64,000 nucleotides of DNA from Gammaproteobacteria bacterium (GTDB taxonomy: Bacteria > Pseudomonadota > Gammaproteobacteria > Eutrophobiales > Eutrophobiaceae), in the NCBI GenBank assembly GCA_965261165.1, contig OZ253445.1:93965-157964 (forward strand), written 5' to 3'. Each line of letters begins with the position of its first letter. Position 1 is the first letter of the stretch. A program made the position numbers and the translations under genes. The notes beneath the pieces are model-generated. The model was given only the letters and a program-made list of their open reading frames with translations, had not been told where the DNA came from and searched no databases. Below, piece by piece: positions 30,660-40,494 of this stretch.

Positions 30660-31208
30660 TTAGCCATTTTTGTGCTCGATACCCAAGTTGTTGTATAACT
30701 GCTGTTGTGTATTTAAAGGAACCTGGGTTTTCCCCTCTAAAATATCCAGTCGAATGCCAATTTCTTTGGCTTTTTCGTCGCTACCGCCGAGAAATATTGG
30801 CGCTTGCTGGTAAAACCTCATTAGGTCCATGAGGGCAGCGATATTATCTGGATCTAATTCAATGGCACGTTTCAGTGAATCTCTTGAATTTTCAGCTAGC
30901 TGCATGGCTTTAAACCACCCTGAATTTTCAGCCAGCTCCCCGTAAGCCTTGGCTAGCCAGTGGTGATATTTTGAGACTTTTGGTGATTTGTTGACGGCTA
31001 AAGTAAATTCATTGATGGCGTTGTCAATTTCATCATTTTCATAAAATATCTGACCCTGTGTAAAATTTGTTTCAGCTTCGGTATTTTCCATTTCATTGGC
31101 AAAACTATTGAGAGTCGAGAACGCAAGAATGGACAGAAGGATTAAGTTTATAGATCGCATAAATGTTAGAGGACATGATTTAGAAGAGAATAGTGACATT
31201 TGAGCCAT
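30660..31208 (-). CDS. Exported TPR protein (alternative start at 31160)
   Basis: Signal-like stretch; TPR-like helices YHHWLAKAYG and AIELDPDN; YQQAP.FLGG. Confidence 0.75.
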   Translation of the reverse strand: MAQMSLFSSKSCPLTFMRSINLILLSILAFSTLNSFANEMENTEAETNFTQGQIFYENDEIDNAINEFTLAVNKSPKVSKYHHWLAKAYGELAENSGWFKAMQLAENSRDSLKRAIELDPDNIAALMDLMRFYQQAPIFLGGSDEKAKEIGIRLDILEGKTQVPLNTQQQLYNNLGIEHKNG

Positions 31209-31549
31209 TAGAGGTGGACTTTAAATTTAAGTTTAGTTTTATTTTTCTGTTTATAGTGAGCGGAATATGCGGCTGACTACTCATAATTCACCGCAGATGC
31301 TTGGGGTAAGCTATCAATTCGGCTGTTACATTATTATTGGCAGATTTAAAATAAATAGGAACAATAGCTGTATTCTCGCTGCAATTTTTTTATGGAGGTG
31401 AAGCGTATCACATGAATCGCATTATTGAAGCGCCGCTAAGCCTATTTTTTCTTGCCTTACCATTGATAATTAGGCATTAATGCTCAAAGCGGGGACATGC
31501 GGAAGAGCCTGAAACGATTAGCTGGAATCAGCTCCCTGCCATAAAAGAG

Positions 31550-31737
31550 TTCACATCGGCACATACGGTTCTATCTTTGAACTGTGCATATGGTCAAGGC
31601 TAGGGTTTGCTATGATTATTAATGCTGGCTTAGGTGATTTTTCACTAGATTGGTATAAGGCGAAACACCTTTTGGCAGATGCTGGTATCCTAGAAATCGT
31701 GGCTGCTGTTATTCAGCCAATGATTGATGACGTAAAC
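31550..31737 (+). pseudogene. Alpha/beta hydrolase relic
   Basis: HIGTY / LSLNCAYGQG* / IINAGLGDFSLDWYK..HLLA joined to a C-terminal-like helix; frameshifts present. Confidence 0.5.
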
Positions 31738-31771
31738 AAAAAAAGCGACTACACCTTGCAGGTGAGCCGCC
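31738..31771 (-). terminator. Intrinsic terminator after the FKBP gene
   Basis: Minus strand GCGGCT-CACCT-GCA-AGGTG-T-AGTCGC followed by T7. Confidence 0.7.
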
Positions 31772-31803
31772 TGATTAATTATGTTTGAATAAAACGTTAA
31801 ATC

Positions 31804-32478
31804 TTATTCATTAACAGAAATTAATTCTATATCAAAAAGTAAAGTCGATGCGGGACTAATCAATTCACCTGCAGCACGGTCTCCGTAAGCGAGTTCTGAA
31901 GGAACATAAATTTGCCATTTTGATCCTGTTGTCATCATAGGCACGGCTTCCTGCCAACCTTTAATTACCTGTGACAATGAAAATGTTGTAGGCTCTCCAC
32001 GGTCATAAGAACTATCAAAGATGGTACCGTCAATTAATGCGCCTTTGTAGTGGATAGTGACATTACCACCGGCAGCAGGTTTAGCTCCGCTGCCTTCATT
32101 TATAACTTTATACTGAAGGCCGCTTGCTGTTTCGATGACACCTTTTTTCTTTTTATTTTCTGCCAGGAAAGCAACCCCCACTTGTTGATTATTCGCGATT
32201 TCGTCTAACTGTTGTTTAGCTACGGTTTTCTTATATTCCATTATAATGTCCTGCATCTCCTGAAGACTAATCCGTGGATCATTTTTTTTTAATACATCCT
32301 CAACCGCTTGAATGAATGCATCCACATCAATTGACATATTTTGTTGTGCTATACCCATGGCAAAATATGTCCCCATGGTATAACTTAATTTTTGTTCTTC
32401 GGTTTTGACTTCACTAGCAGCAAATGTCGAAAAGCTAATAAATGAAATAATTAAAGCAAAAATATTTTTTTGATTCAT
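31804..32478 (-). CDS. FKBP-type peptidyl-prolyl isomerase (FkpA/Mip-like)
   Basis: Signal peptide; SGLQYKV, FDSSYDRG, VIKGW and PSELAYG motifs. Confidence 0.93.
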   Translation of the reverse strand: MNQKNIFALIISFISFSTFAASEVKTEEQKLSYTMGTYFAMGIAQQNMSIDVDAFIQAVEDVLKKNDPRISLQEMQDIIMEYKKTVAKQQLDEIANNQQVGVAFLAENKKKKGVIETASGLQYKVINEGSGAKPAAGGNVTIHYKGALIDGTIFDSSYDRGEPTTFSLSQVIKGWQEAVPMMTTGSKWQIYVPSELAYGDRAAGELISPASTLLFDIELISVNE

Positions 32479-32616
32479 TCCTGACTACCTATTTAAATTG
32501 ATGTGGTCTAGTGCCTGTAATTTTAGAGGTCGCGATTATCCCATAAAAAATATTTGTGTTCAGCATTATCTGTTGAAAACAGATCTAGAGTGCGCCGCTA
32601 CTCTTTAATTTTTTGA

Positions 32617-32760
32617 TCAGGCTAATTTCTTGATCAGGGTAGAAACCATCTTACTGTAGCCGATCTTATTGGGATGTGCTGGGTCTGACTTCATATGTGG
32701 GTCAGGCAGCATTTCTGCGATGAGGTTTGGAAATAAAAATAACGTCAGTGTTATCTGCAA
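32617..32760 (-). pseudogene. GDSL/SGNH esterase C-terminal relic
   Basis: ...LPDPHMKSDPAHPNKIGYSKM...KKLA* (block V DxxHPN..GY); the 5' part is replaced by an IS end at 32764. Confidence 0.65.
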
Positions 32761-32763
32761 TAT

Positions 32764-32930
32764 GAAACCTTCACATCATTCAAAACCACCGAACAAGACG
32801 TATAGGCAATAGCATTAATTTTATAAAGTTTTTATGAAAAGGTTTTATTTTGCGAGAATTTTCCTTCAATCGTCGCAGCAACAGCATAAAAACCCCCTCA
32901 ATGAGCGTACTTTTAGTTACTACTTATCCA
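32764..32930 (-). mobile_element. Degenerate right end of the IS1106-like element
   Basis: GAAACCTTCACATCATTCAAAACCACCGAACA is close to the reverse complement of 44972-45003; the interior matches 48830-48950. Confidence 0.8.
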
Positions 32931-32985
32931 TGCCCACTATCTCTGGCCTGTATAAATTAAAATTACCATGACCGAGATAGCAAAT

Positions 32986-33094
32986 GGGCTTGTCGGTTAA
33001 TTCAAAATCAGTCCAATTTTAAGAAAATAATATGTTTAATAACAAGGACTTAAGTATTCACAACAAGCTAAAAACTCCATTTTCCGACAAGCCC
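32986..33094. mobile_element. 109-bp MITE (possibly IS1182-type ends) with 5-bp target-site duplication
   Basis: Perfect 11-bp TIR GGGCTTGTCGG/CCGACAAGCCC flanked on both sides by CAAAT. Confidence 0.8.
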
Positions 33095-33576
33095 CAAATA
33101 TATTTCGCGTGAAATTCAAGTGACTCACTAAGCTCCCGCAAAATTAATTCAGGTTCCTGTAAATCAGAAATAAGCTCAATCAACTTCATTGGGTCGGGGA
33201 AGGCTAAATGGGTCAAAGTATATGTGCTTATCATCATATAGCAGGGAATGAGCTAAAAAAAGTGATGAAAACAATAAAAATTATTCATCTAATGCCCTAG
33301 AAAAGCTGTCATAATTTAGCAAAAAAAATGCCAGCAAACTCGCGTAACTAGAACCATTACGGGATGAATGAATGACGCTCACAGAAAAAATAGCGATTCA
33401 GACGATATCAGTGAAGAACTTGATAATTTTTACTGGATGCCAGGGGAATGCCGTGTTTCATTATTTGCACAGGAGTTAAAGGCAACCATGCCAGTGTTGG
33501 AGGCGAGACTGTTTAAAACAGTTGAAAAAATTAGAAAGGACTAATGTCTGCAATTTAATACCCGTATACTGAGAAT

Positions 33577-34746
33577 ATGCCAGATAACACAATTGTCTAT
33601 TCAATCTTTTTAATTTTCACTGGTGCCGCTGTATTCGCAACCTTGGCGTTGTTCGCGCGCCAGGCGATGATAGTAGGCTATATCATCCTTGGTATTTTAT
33701 TGGGTCCATGGGGACTTGCTCTGGTTAATGATGCTGACCTAATTACTGATATCTCTCACATCGGTATTATATTTCTACTTTATTTGCTTGGGCTTGACCT
33801 TTTGCCAAGGCAGTTGATGACTATGTTGGGCGAAGCCTTAAAGGTTACGCTGATTAGCTCAATCATTTTTTCTTTATTGGGTTATTTGATCGGCATTACA
33901 TTTGGTTATTCAGCGGCAGAATCGATATTGATCGCAGCGGTTACCATGTTTTCAAGTACGATCATTGGATTGAAATTATTACCAACCACGACACTGCATC
34001 ATAAACATATTGGTCAGATCATTATCAGTATCTTACTAATTCAGGATTTGATCGCCATTATTGTTCTTTTATTACTTCAAGGTTATGGCAAGGGCGGTGA
34101 TCTTGTGATGGATATCGTAATGCAATTATGCGCACTGCCTGCTTTAGTTGGTATCGCATGGCTGATTCAACGTTATGTATTGATTAAACTTATTATCAAA
34201 TACGATCAGATTCATGAATATATATTTTTATTAGCCATTGCCTGGTGTCTGGGGGTTTCAGAACTTGCCACCTTGATCGGTTTATCACACGAAATTGGAG
34301 CATTCGTGGCAGGTGTGTCGCTGGCTTCTAGCCCCATAGCATTGTTTATCACTGAAAGATTAAAACCACTGCGTGATTTTTTCTTGATAATATTTTTCTT
34401 TTCATTGGGCGCAGGTTTTAACATCAATTTAATAGCTGAATTGATTGCGCCCGCCTTATTACTTGCAACCTTGATAGTTGTAATCAAACCCATGGTATTT
34501 GCTTATTTACTGAAGAAAGAAGGTGAAAAGAAACATATTTCAAGAGAAGTTGGTTTCCGATTAGGTCAAATCAGTGAATTTTCATTATTAATTGCAGTTT
34601 TAGCAATGCAATCTCAATTTATCGATGAAACAACATCAAACATGATCCAGTTGACTACATTAATTACATTCATCGTTTCTTCATTTATTATTGTACGAAG
34701 CTACCCAACACCGATTGCAACAACGGATAAACTTAGGCATGACTAA
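33577..34746 (+). CDS. CPA2-family cation:proton antiporter
   Basis: GYIILGILLGP, FSSTIIG, LLIQDL, GAFVAG, PLRDFF and QISEFS motifs. Confidence 0.9.
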   Translation: MPDNTIVYSIFLIFTGAAVFATLALFARQAMIVGYIILGILLGPWGLALVNDADLITDISHIGIIFLLYLLGLDLLPRQLMTMLGEALKVTLISSIIFSLLGYLIGITFGYSAAESILIAAVTMFSSTIIGLKLLPTTTLHHKHIGQIIISILLIQDLIAIIVLLLLQGYGKGGDLVMDIVMQLCALPALVGIAWLIQRYVLIKLIIKYDQIHEYIFLLAIAWCLGVSELATLIGLSHEIGAFVAGVSLASSPIALFITERLKPLRDFFLIIFFFSLGAGFNINLIAELIAPALLLATLIVVIKPMVFAYLLKKEGEKKHISREVGFRLGQISEFSLLIAVLAMQSQFIDETTSNMIQLTTLITFIVSSFIIVRSYPTPIATTDKLRHD

Positions 34747-35209
34747 GCCAATAAAAAAATCATTAATCGGCCTATGTATTTTTTTATTAATCGCTGGTTT
34801 ATTTGTGACAGGAGATTATTTCGGCTTATTTGGCTTGAAAAAATATCTGGTACTGGATTTTATCGAGTCTTCGTTTAAACCCATTGATAAAGAAACCGGC
34901 GCGCCGGTTATTGATGTGAAGATACGTTGTTTCCAGAAGGGCAATAGCAATGCCTGTACACAAAAAGAAAGTCATTCAATCGGGATTGTTATTGCTAGGA
35001 TTCCTGTGCAAAAACTTGTCTGGGAATCGTTACTATTTAAGAATAAAGAAGATTTGGTCGCAACTAATGATCCTCAATTGCATATTATGTTTATACACTA
35101 TGATTTTACTAATCCAGTTGAGAGCTTCACAATAGAAGATCTATATAATAAGCCAATAAATGAATATCCTGTAAAAATGGAAAGAAATTTTATAGAGACT
35201 GAAGAATGA
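34739..35209 (+). CDS. Hypothetical membrane-anchored protein
   Basis: ATG overlaps the antiporter stop; N-terminal TM helix; overlaps the next gene (ATGA). Confidence 0.65.
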   Translation: MTKPIKKSLIGLCIFLLIAGLFVTGDYFGLFGLKKYLVLDFIESSFKPIDKETGAPVIDVKIRCFQKGNSNACTQKESHSIGIVIARIPVQKLVWESLLFKNKEDLVATNDPQLHIMFIHYDFTNPVESFTIEDLYNKPINEYPVKMERNFIETEE

Positions 35210-35832
35210 GTGATGCACTAAATTATTTAATGAAAGTTCGTCCAGGAGAGATGAAATCTTACTTTGAGTTTGTCAAACAAGCAGGTGTTCATCTAGATCC
35301 TAAAACCCGTGCAATTATTTCGGTCATTACAAAAGTAGATAATCAAACAGAAACAGGGTTGCGCCAATATCTGGTCAGAGCAATGCAGACGAGTGTGTCA
35401 GCAGATGAAATTATTGATGCTTTATTTGTTGCATTTCCAAGCTTGGGTTTAACGAAGATCATTTGGGCTATAGATATTATTCTTGACATGGAAATGCCAG
35501 AATTTGCTCCGGAGTCGCTGGGGCAAAAGAAAAACTGGCATGACGTGATTGCCGCTGAAGAATTAAAGGACAAAGAAGTTAACTATATCAATGCCAACAG
35601 TCACGACCTGTTTATCTATACGGAAGATGGAAATCATAAGGTCTTTAGTAGCCGTTGTCCTCATCAAGTTACTAATATTCCTGAACTCGCGCTAGAAAAC
35701 TGCACGCTCACATGCCCGAAACATCAATGGAAGTTTGATATTAAAACAGGTAAATGTATTGATAAAGGAGATCGACCATTGACTGAATTTAAAAATAGAA
35801 TGATAGAGGGTCGACTTGAGGTCTATTGGTAA
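35206..35832 (+). CDS. CMD/AhpD-like plus Rieske (2Fe-2S) fusion protein
   Basis: N-terminal LDPKTRAIIS...EIIDAL (CMD-like); C-terminal CPHQ...CPKH..WKFD (Rieske). Confidence 0.8.
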   Translation: MSDALNYLMKVRPGEMKSYFEFVKQAGVHLDPKTRAIISVITKVDNQTETGLRQYLVRAMQTSVSADEIIDALFVAFPSLGLTKIIWAIDIILDMEMPEFAPESLGQKKNWHDVIAAEELKDKEVNYINANSHDLFIYTEDGNHKVFSSRCPHQVTNIPELALENCTLTCPKHQWKFDIKTGKCIDKGDRPLTEFKNRMIEGRLEVYW

Positions 35833-35899
35833 CAAATGGATTGTTTTTTTGCAAAATGTATGAAAAAAAATAAATGTATGAAAAAAATAATTCAGGAGG

Positions 35900-36200
35900 A
35901 GTTTAATGATTTTTTTAATTCTTGTAACGCACTTTGCGAAATCCAAACTGGCGTTTCATTACATGAAATACATGTTCCACCTTCGACCGCACTTTTGATT
36001 TTGTCTGATTTACATAAGGTTTTTATCCATTAGCGCCTTTAGTTATAGGTGAAGTCCTTGGTTTGTGGACATACTAATTTGCCCGCCACGGTTTCCTCTC
36101 CAATGCAATAAGTCTTTCAGCGCGTGAGAATCATGTGCATTGGCTGGCGTTACCGCTGCCAAATAAACCAGCTTGCCTTGGCTATCCACACCAATTGCCC
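35900..36200 (-). pseudogene. IS5-subgroup transposase relic
   Basis: IGVDSQGKLV..AAVTPANAHD...LLH and KVEHVFHVMKRQFGFRKVRYK fragments with deletions. Confidence 0.8.
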
Positions 36201-36293
36201 ACGTTTTAGGCGATGTTGTTTCTTATATAGCAATCTGGAGACGTTTCTCAATATAATTAATTCCATTCTACGTGTTAAATAGAGGTTGAATAT

Positions 36294-36896
36294 ATGTTCT
36301 ATAAGAAAATAGATACGCATGAAAAAATTGACGATTTATTAGCAAAGCGTTGGAGCGGCAGAGCCTATGATGCCAACCGATCCGTCTCTCACAAGCATAT
36401 CATTAGTTTGCTTGAAGCTGCGAGATGGGCTCCTTCCTGCTTTGGGGATGAGCCATGGCGTTTTATTGTATGCGATAAAACCACCAACCCAGATGCCTGG
36501 GATAAGGCATATTCATGTCTTGCCGAAGGTAATCAGGGTTGGGCAGTGAATGCCCCTGTATTGATTCTTGTATTAGCAAACACACTTTTCAGTCATAACG
36601 AACAGCCGAACCGTTGGGCTGGTTATGATACGGGTGCAGCGAGTATGAGTATTTGTATCCAGGCCACTTCATTAGGACTCATGGTTCACCAAATGGGTGG
36701 CTATGATACTAAAAAAGCTGCTGAATTATTTTCAATCCTTGAACAATACACTTCAATGGCGATGATGAGTGTCGGTTATCAACTAGCTAAAGAAGATATG
36801 TCCGCAGAAGTCATGGAAAGAGAATCTTCTGAACGCCAGAGAAATCCATTTTCGGATCAGTTTTATGATGGAGAATGGGGCAAGCCCATTCGTTAA
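36294..36896 (+). CDS. Nitroreductase family protein
   Basis: RWSGRAY, EAARWAPS, EPWRF, YDTGAA and HQMGG motifs. Confidence 0.92.
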   Translation: MFYKKIDTHEKIDDLLAKRWSGRAYDANRSVSHKHIISLLEAARWAPSCFGDEPWRFIVCDKTTNPDAWDKAYSCLAEGNQGWAVNAPVLILVLANTLFSHNEQPNRWAGYDTGAASMSICIQATSLGLMVHQMGGYDTKKAAELFSILEQYTSMAMMSVGYQLAKEDMSAEVMERESSERQRNPFSDQFYDGEWGKPIR

Positions 36897-36922
36897 TTTT
36901 TACATAGTCATTATCTAATTCA

Positions 36923-38233
36923 ATGAATCATTTTAATATGTGGCGTTTGGCTGGGCCTATGATCGTGTCGAACATTTCGATTGCGTTACTAGGGTTGATT
37001 GATACAGCCGTTGTCGGACATTTGGATGAAGCCTATTATCTGGGAGGTATTGCCATTGGCGCAGTGATTTTTAATTTTATTTATTGGGGCATGGGTTTCC
37101 TGCGTATGAGCGTGACAGGATTGACGGCTCAGGTTCATGGCCAAGCCGATAATAATGCCTGTAGAACGATTCTTGCGCAGTCGCTATTAACTGCGTTTTT
37201 AATTGCAATGATTTTATTAATTCTTCAAAAGCATATTGCAGATCTGGCCTTATGGCTTTTAGAAGGAAGTAAGGAAGTCACTTCCTACGCGAGAACCTAC
37301 TTTGAATGGACCATATGGGGTGCGCCTGCAGCTCTGTCTTTATTGGTAATGACGGGCTGGTTTCTTGGGATGCAAAATGCAAAGGCGACATTGATTGTTG
37401 TGGTTACTGTAAACGTCATTAATATTATTCTAGATTTTATATTTGTGTTTGGTTTAGAAATGCATGTACGTGGCGTAGCTTTAGCCTCAGTGATTGCGCT
37501 CTACATAGGAATGCTTCTGGCAATTTTTTTGGTATTCAGAGAATTACGTATTAACCCAGGCGGATGGCTGATAGCTGATATTCTTCATCTACAACGCCTG
37601 AAAGAAACGCTAGCCTTGAATCGAGATATCTTTATTCGAACTATTTGTCTCATTTCTGTATTCGCATTCTTTACACGGCAAGGCGCCAAACAGGGAGATA
37701 TTATTCTTGCTGCAAATGCAGTGTTACTAAATCTTCAAGCATTAATGGCATTAAGTTTAGATGGCTTCGCAAATACATCAGAGGCTTTGGTCGGAAAAGC
37801 CATTGGTTCAAAAAACAGAAAGGCTTTTATTGATAATATTAAGACTGCGACATTATGGTCACTTATCGTCGCTATAATCTTTGCGCTTATCTACGCAATT
37901 GCTGGTAAATTTGTAATTAATCTTTTGACAGATATTTCGTCGATTAGGATTGAAGCCTATAAATATTTACCTTGGATGGTCTTATCGCCAATTGTTGCCG
38001 TCTGGTGTTTTTTGCTGGATGGTATTTTTATCGGTGCGACACATGCAAAAGAAATGAGAAACAGTATGTTGATTTCGACGTTTCTTATTTTTCTTCCAGG
38101 ATGGTATCTATTCAGAGGATATGAAAATCACGGCCTTTGGTTGGCATTCATCGTGTTTTTTGTTGCGCGTGGATTAACGCTGGCTTATGCCTCATTTCAA
38201 ATTGAACGTGAAGGTGGTTTTGTGCCAATCTAA
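36923..38233 (+). CDS. dinF: DinF-like MATE efflux transporter
   Basis: DTAVVGHL, GFLRM, GWFLGMQN, DIFIRT and LDGIFIGAT motifs. Confidence 0.88.
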   Translation: MNHFNMWRLAGPMIVSNISIALLGLIDTAVVGHLDEAYYLGGIAIGAVIFNFIYWGMGFLRMSVTGLTAQVHGQADNNACRTILAQSLLTAFLIAMILLILQKHIADLALWLLEGSKEVTSYARTYFEWTIWGAPAALSLLVMTGWFLGMQNAKATLIVVVTVNVINIILDFIFVFGLEMHVRGVALASVIALYIGMLLAIFLVFRELRINPGGWLIADILHLQRLKETLALNRDIFIRTICLISVFAFFTRQGAKQGDIILAANAVLLNLQALMALSLDGFANTSEALVGKAIGSKNRKAFIDNIKTATLWSLIVAIIFALIYAIAGKFVINLLTDISSIRIEAYKYLPWMVLSPIVAVWCFLLDGIFIGATHAKEMRNSMLISTFLIFLPGWYLFRGYENHGLWLAFIVFFVARGLTLAYASFQIEREGGFVPI

Positions 38234-38236
38234 AGG

Positions 38237-38638
38237 TTAGGCATTTTTGAATTCAATGATGGAACGCCTATCTTTTTTACTAGGCCGGCCTTTTCTTGTT
38301 GGTGTTAATACAGCTTCTGCCTTGAGCCGTGCGGCGACCAATCTTCTTTCTGCAATACTTTCTTCGGATTCTTCATAGAGTAATGCTGCACCAGCAGCAG
38401 ACTTTCTTGATTTAGCCAGATCAAGTACGGTGACGGCATGATGATAGGGTCCTTTTCGAATATTCAGTTTGTCTCCCAGTTTCGCCATTTTTGATGGTTT
38501 GGCGCGTTCTCCATTGACGGTGACTTTGCCGGTCTTTAATGCAGCAGCAGCAATGTTTCTGGTTTTATAAAAACGTGTAGACCACAGCCATTTATCGAGG
38601 CGGATTGAAATGTTAGTTTTTTCGTTGTTTTTAGGCAT
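38237..38638 (-). CDS. hslR: Ribosome-associated heat shock protein Hsp15
   Basis: RLDKWLW.TRFYKTR S4 domain; RPSKKDRR. Confidence 0.92.
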   Translation of the reverse strand: MPKNNEKTNISIRLDKWLWSTRFYKTRNIAAAALKTGKVTVNGERAKPSKMAKLGDKLNIRKGPYHHAVTVLDLAKSRKSAAGAALLYEESEESIAERRLVAARLKAEAVLTPTRKGRPSKKDRRSIIEFKNA

Positions 38639-38718
38639 TGATCCGGTAAATCTTAAATATGGTTATACATAATTTATGTATAATTCATTCTCATTATATC
38701 TTATATAGGGAATCGTGG

Positions 38719-39246
38719 ATGTCGGTAGATAATAAAAGAGATTTCATCCAACTTGGTATTGCGGTATTGACTATTTCCGACACGCGAACTGAAGCCGATG
38801 ACAAGTCAGGACAATTATTAGTCAAAAGACTAGAGACATCAGGTCATCGCTTGGCAGACAAGCGAATCGTTGTTGATGATAAGTTTCGAATCCGGGCAGC
38901 TATTTCAAACTGGTGTATTGATGATGATGTGCAGGTGATATTAACCACTGGCGGTACCGGAGTCACTGGACATGATGACACACCAGAGGCAGTCAAGGTT
39001 CTGTTAGATAAGGTTATTGATGGTTTCGGCGAAACATTTCGCGCCATTTCCTATGCGCAAATTGGCACATCAACCATGCAGTCCCGTGCAATTGCTGGTG
39101 TCGCAAATGGCAGATATATTTTTTGCATCCCTGGGTCGTTAGGTGCCTGCGCTACTGCGTGGGATGACTTGATAAGTCAGCAGTTGGACTATCGAACTAT
39201 GCCTTGCAATCTGGTTGAATTAATGCCTAGGCTGTTCGAAAAATAA
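38719..39246 (+). CDS. moaB: Molybdenum cofactor biosynthesis protein B
   Basis: VLTISDTR, DKSG, TTGGTG, STMQSRA and PCNLVE motifs; likely start at 38719. Confidence 0.92.
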   Translation: MSVDNKRDFIQLGIAVLTISDTRTEADDKSGQLLVKRLETSGHRLADKRIVVDDKFRIRAAISNWCIDDDVQVILTTGGTGVTGHDDTPEAVKVLLDKVIDGFGETFRAISYAQIGTSTMQSRAIAGVANGRYIFCIPGSLGACATAWDDLISQQLDYRTMPCNLVELMPRLFEK

Positions 39247-39419
39247 GTTTCTAAAATAGCGTTTTTCAATGTGGCATAGTTAGCTCTGAGCTTCAGATAG
39301 GAATGTTATTTCTACAGATTCTAAAGAATAGATATTTTTTATGAAAATCTTGTTAATTGTTTATTTTTCCGGTTGAGTTTTTAATTTTCCAACTTCTTAA
39401 GGACGCTTGAAATAACAAA

Positions 39420-40415
39420 TTACTCTGTGTATTTAAAATAAATTAATACTGTGCGTTTCGCTGGATGGTTATTGTCATCACTAATCATAAAATAAAAATT
39501 GTCTCTGTATTTCTCTATGCCTTCGAAGTTGTCATTAAAAAAACCGTCCGCAGGTAAAAACTGCGCGATCATTTTATTTTCAATTCTATCTTCGACGAGT
39601 CGAAGATGGTGTATTGCGACCTTGAACCCAGAAAAAAATCCTCCATAAACACGTTCTAATGCCAACAAATCATTGTTGTGTGTTGTTGTAATGCTTGTTA
39701 GTGCACCATTATTAAAATATGCAGGAAAATTTCTGAATTTACCATCCAGCGTATAAAAGCCTAACTGCGTTTTTTCTTCTTCTTTTAATGAGTGCTCAGT
39801 ACCGATGATTAGGCCAAGTTGGTCATGGAGTAAAATTGATTCAAGAGATCTATTCTCACTTCGATAATTAAAAATTTTCCTGAGTTTTTCAGGTATCTCT
39901 ATCTGTTTTTCAATAAACCCTTGTTGATTGTATTGAATTACTCTAGGTAGACGTTCAAAACTGATAATATATTGTGTGTCTCCCTGAATATTATTATTAG
40001 AGTTTATTAAGGTCAGGCCTTCACTATCTGAATTTTTCCATCTTAGTTTTTTGCCTTTGTCGTCATGTAATAAAAAGCCGTTGATCATAATCAGATCAAC
40101 AAATTTTTCTTGTTTAAAAATGGGCTTGAGGCTCAGTAATTTGCCATTATCTGATAAGACGTAAAGTAATTCCTCATCTTCATCCCAGGCTAAATCAGAT
40201 AGTTCTGACACTTTTGAGCCATTAATCGTGATATTGGAAAGTTCTGCTACAGCTTGCACATGAATTAATTCATCGCCTTGATCGTCTTTAATGGATATTG
40301 TTGGATATTCAATTTTGGCAATAGATTCAGCGAAACTTTCATCAATGAAAAGGCAATTGGCTATGCACAGTGAGAAAAAAATGACAGGCAATGTTCGTGA
40401 TTTCGTGATTTTCAC
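39420..40415 (-). CDS. Esterase-like activity of phytase family exported protein
   Basis: ELSDL, LSDNG, DSEGL, ISFE, DNFEGI and ISDDN motifs. Confidence 0.75.
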   Translation of the reverse strand: MKITKSRTLPVIFFSLCIANCLFIDESFAESIAKIEYPTISIKDDQGDELIHVQAVAELSNITINGSKVSELSDLAWDEDEELLYVLSDNGKLLSLKPIFKQEKFVDLIMINGFLLHDDKGKKLRWKNSDSEGLTLINSNNNIQGDTQYIISFERLPRVIQYNQQGFIEKQIEIPEKLRKIFNYRSENRSLESILLHDQLGLIIGTEHSLKEEEKTQLGFYTLDGKFRNFPAYFNNGALTSITTTHNNDLLALERVYGGFFSGFKVAIHHLRLVEDRIENKMIAQFLPADGFFNDNFEGIEKYRDNFYFMISDDNNHPAKRTVLIYFKYTE

Positions 40416-40494
40416 ATTAATTTAGACTTCCGAGATAATAGAATACCTATAGAATACACCGGATATTATTGATTTATTAGGATGAAGTATTGGC

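Noticed and set aside
33100-33545. Possible gene relic upstream of the antiporter
   Set aside because: Coding-like fragments, but no family recognisable without BLASTX
35836-36033. 65-aa + strand ORF
   Set aside because: Antisense to an IS5 transposase relic and low complexity
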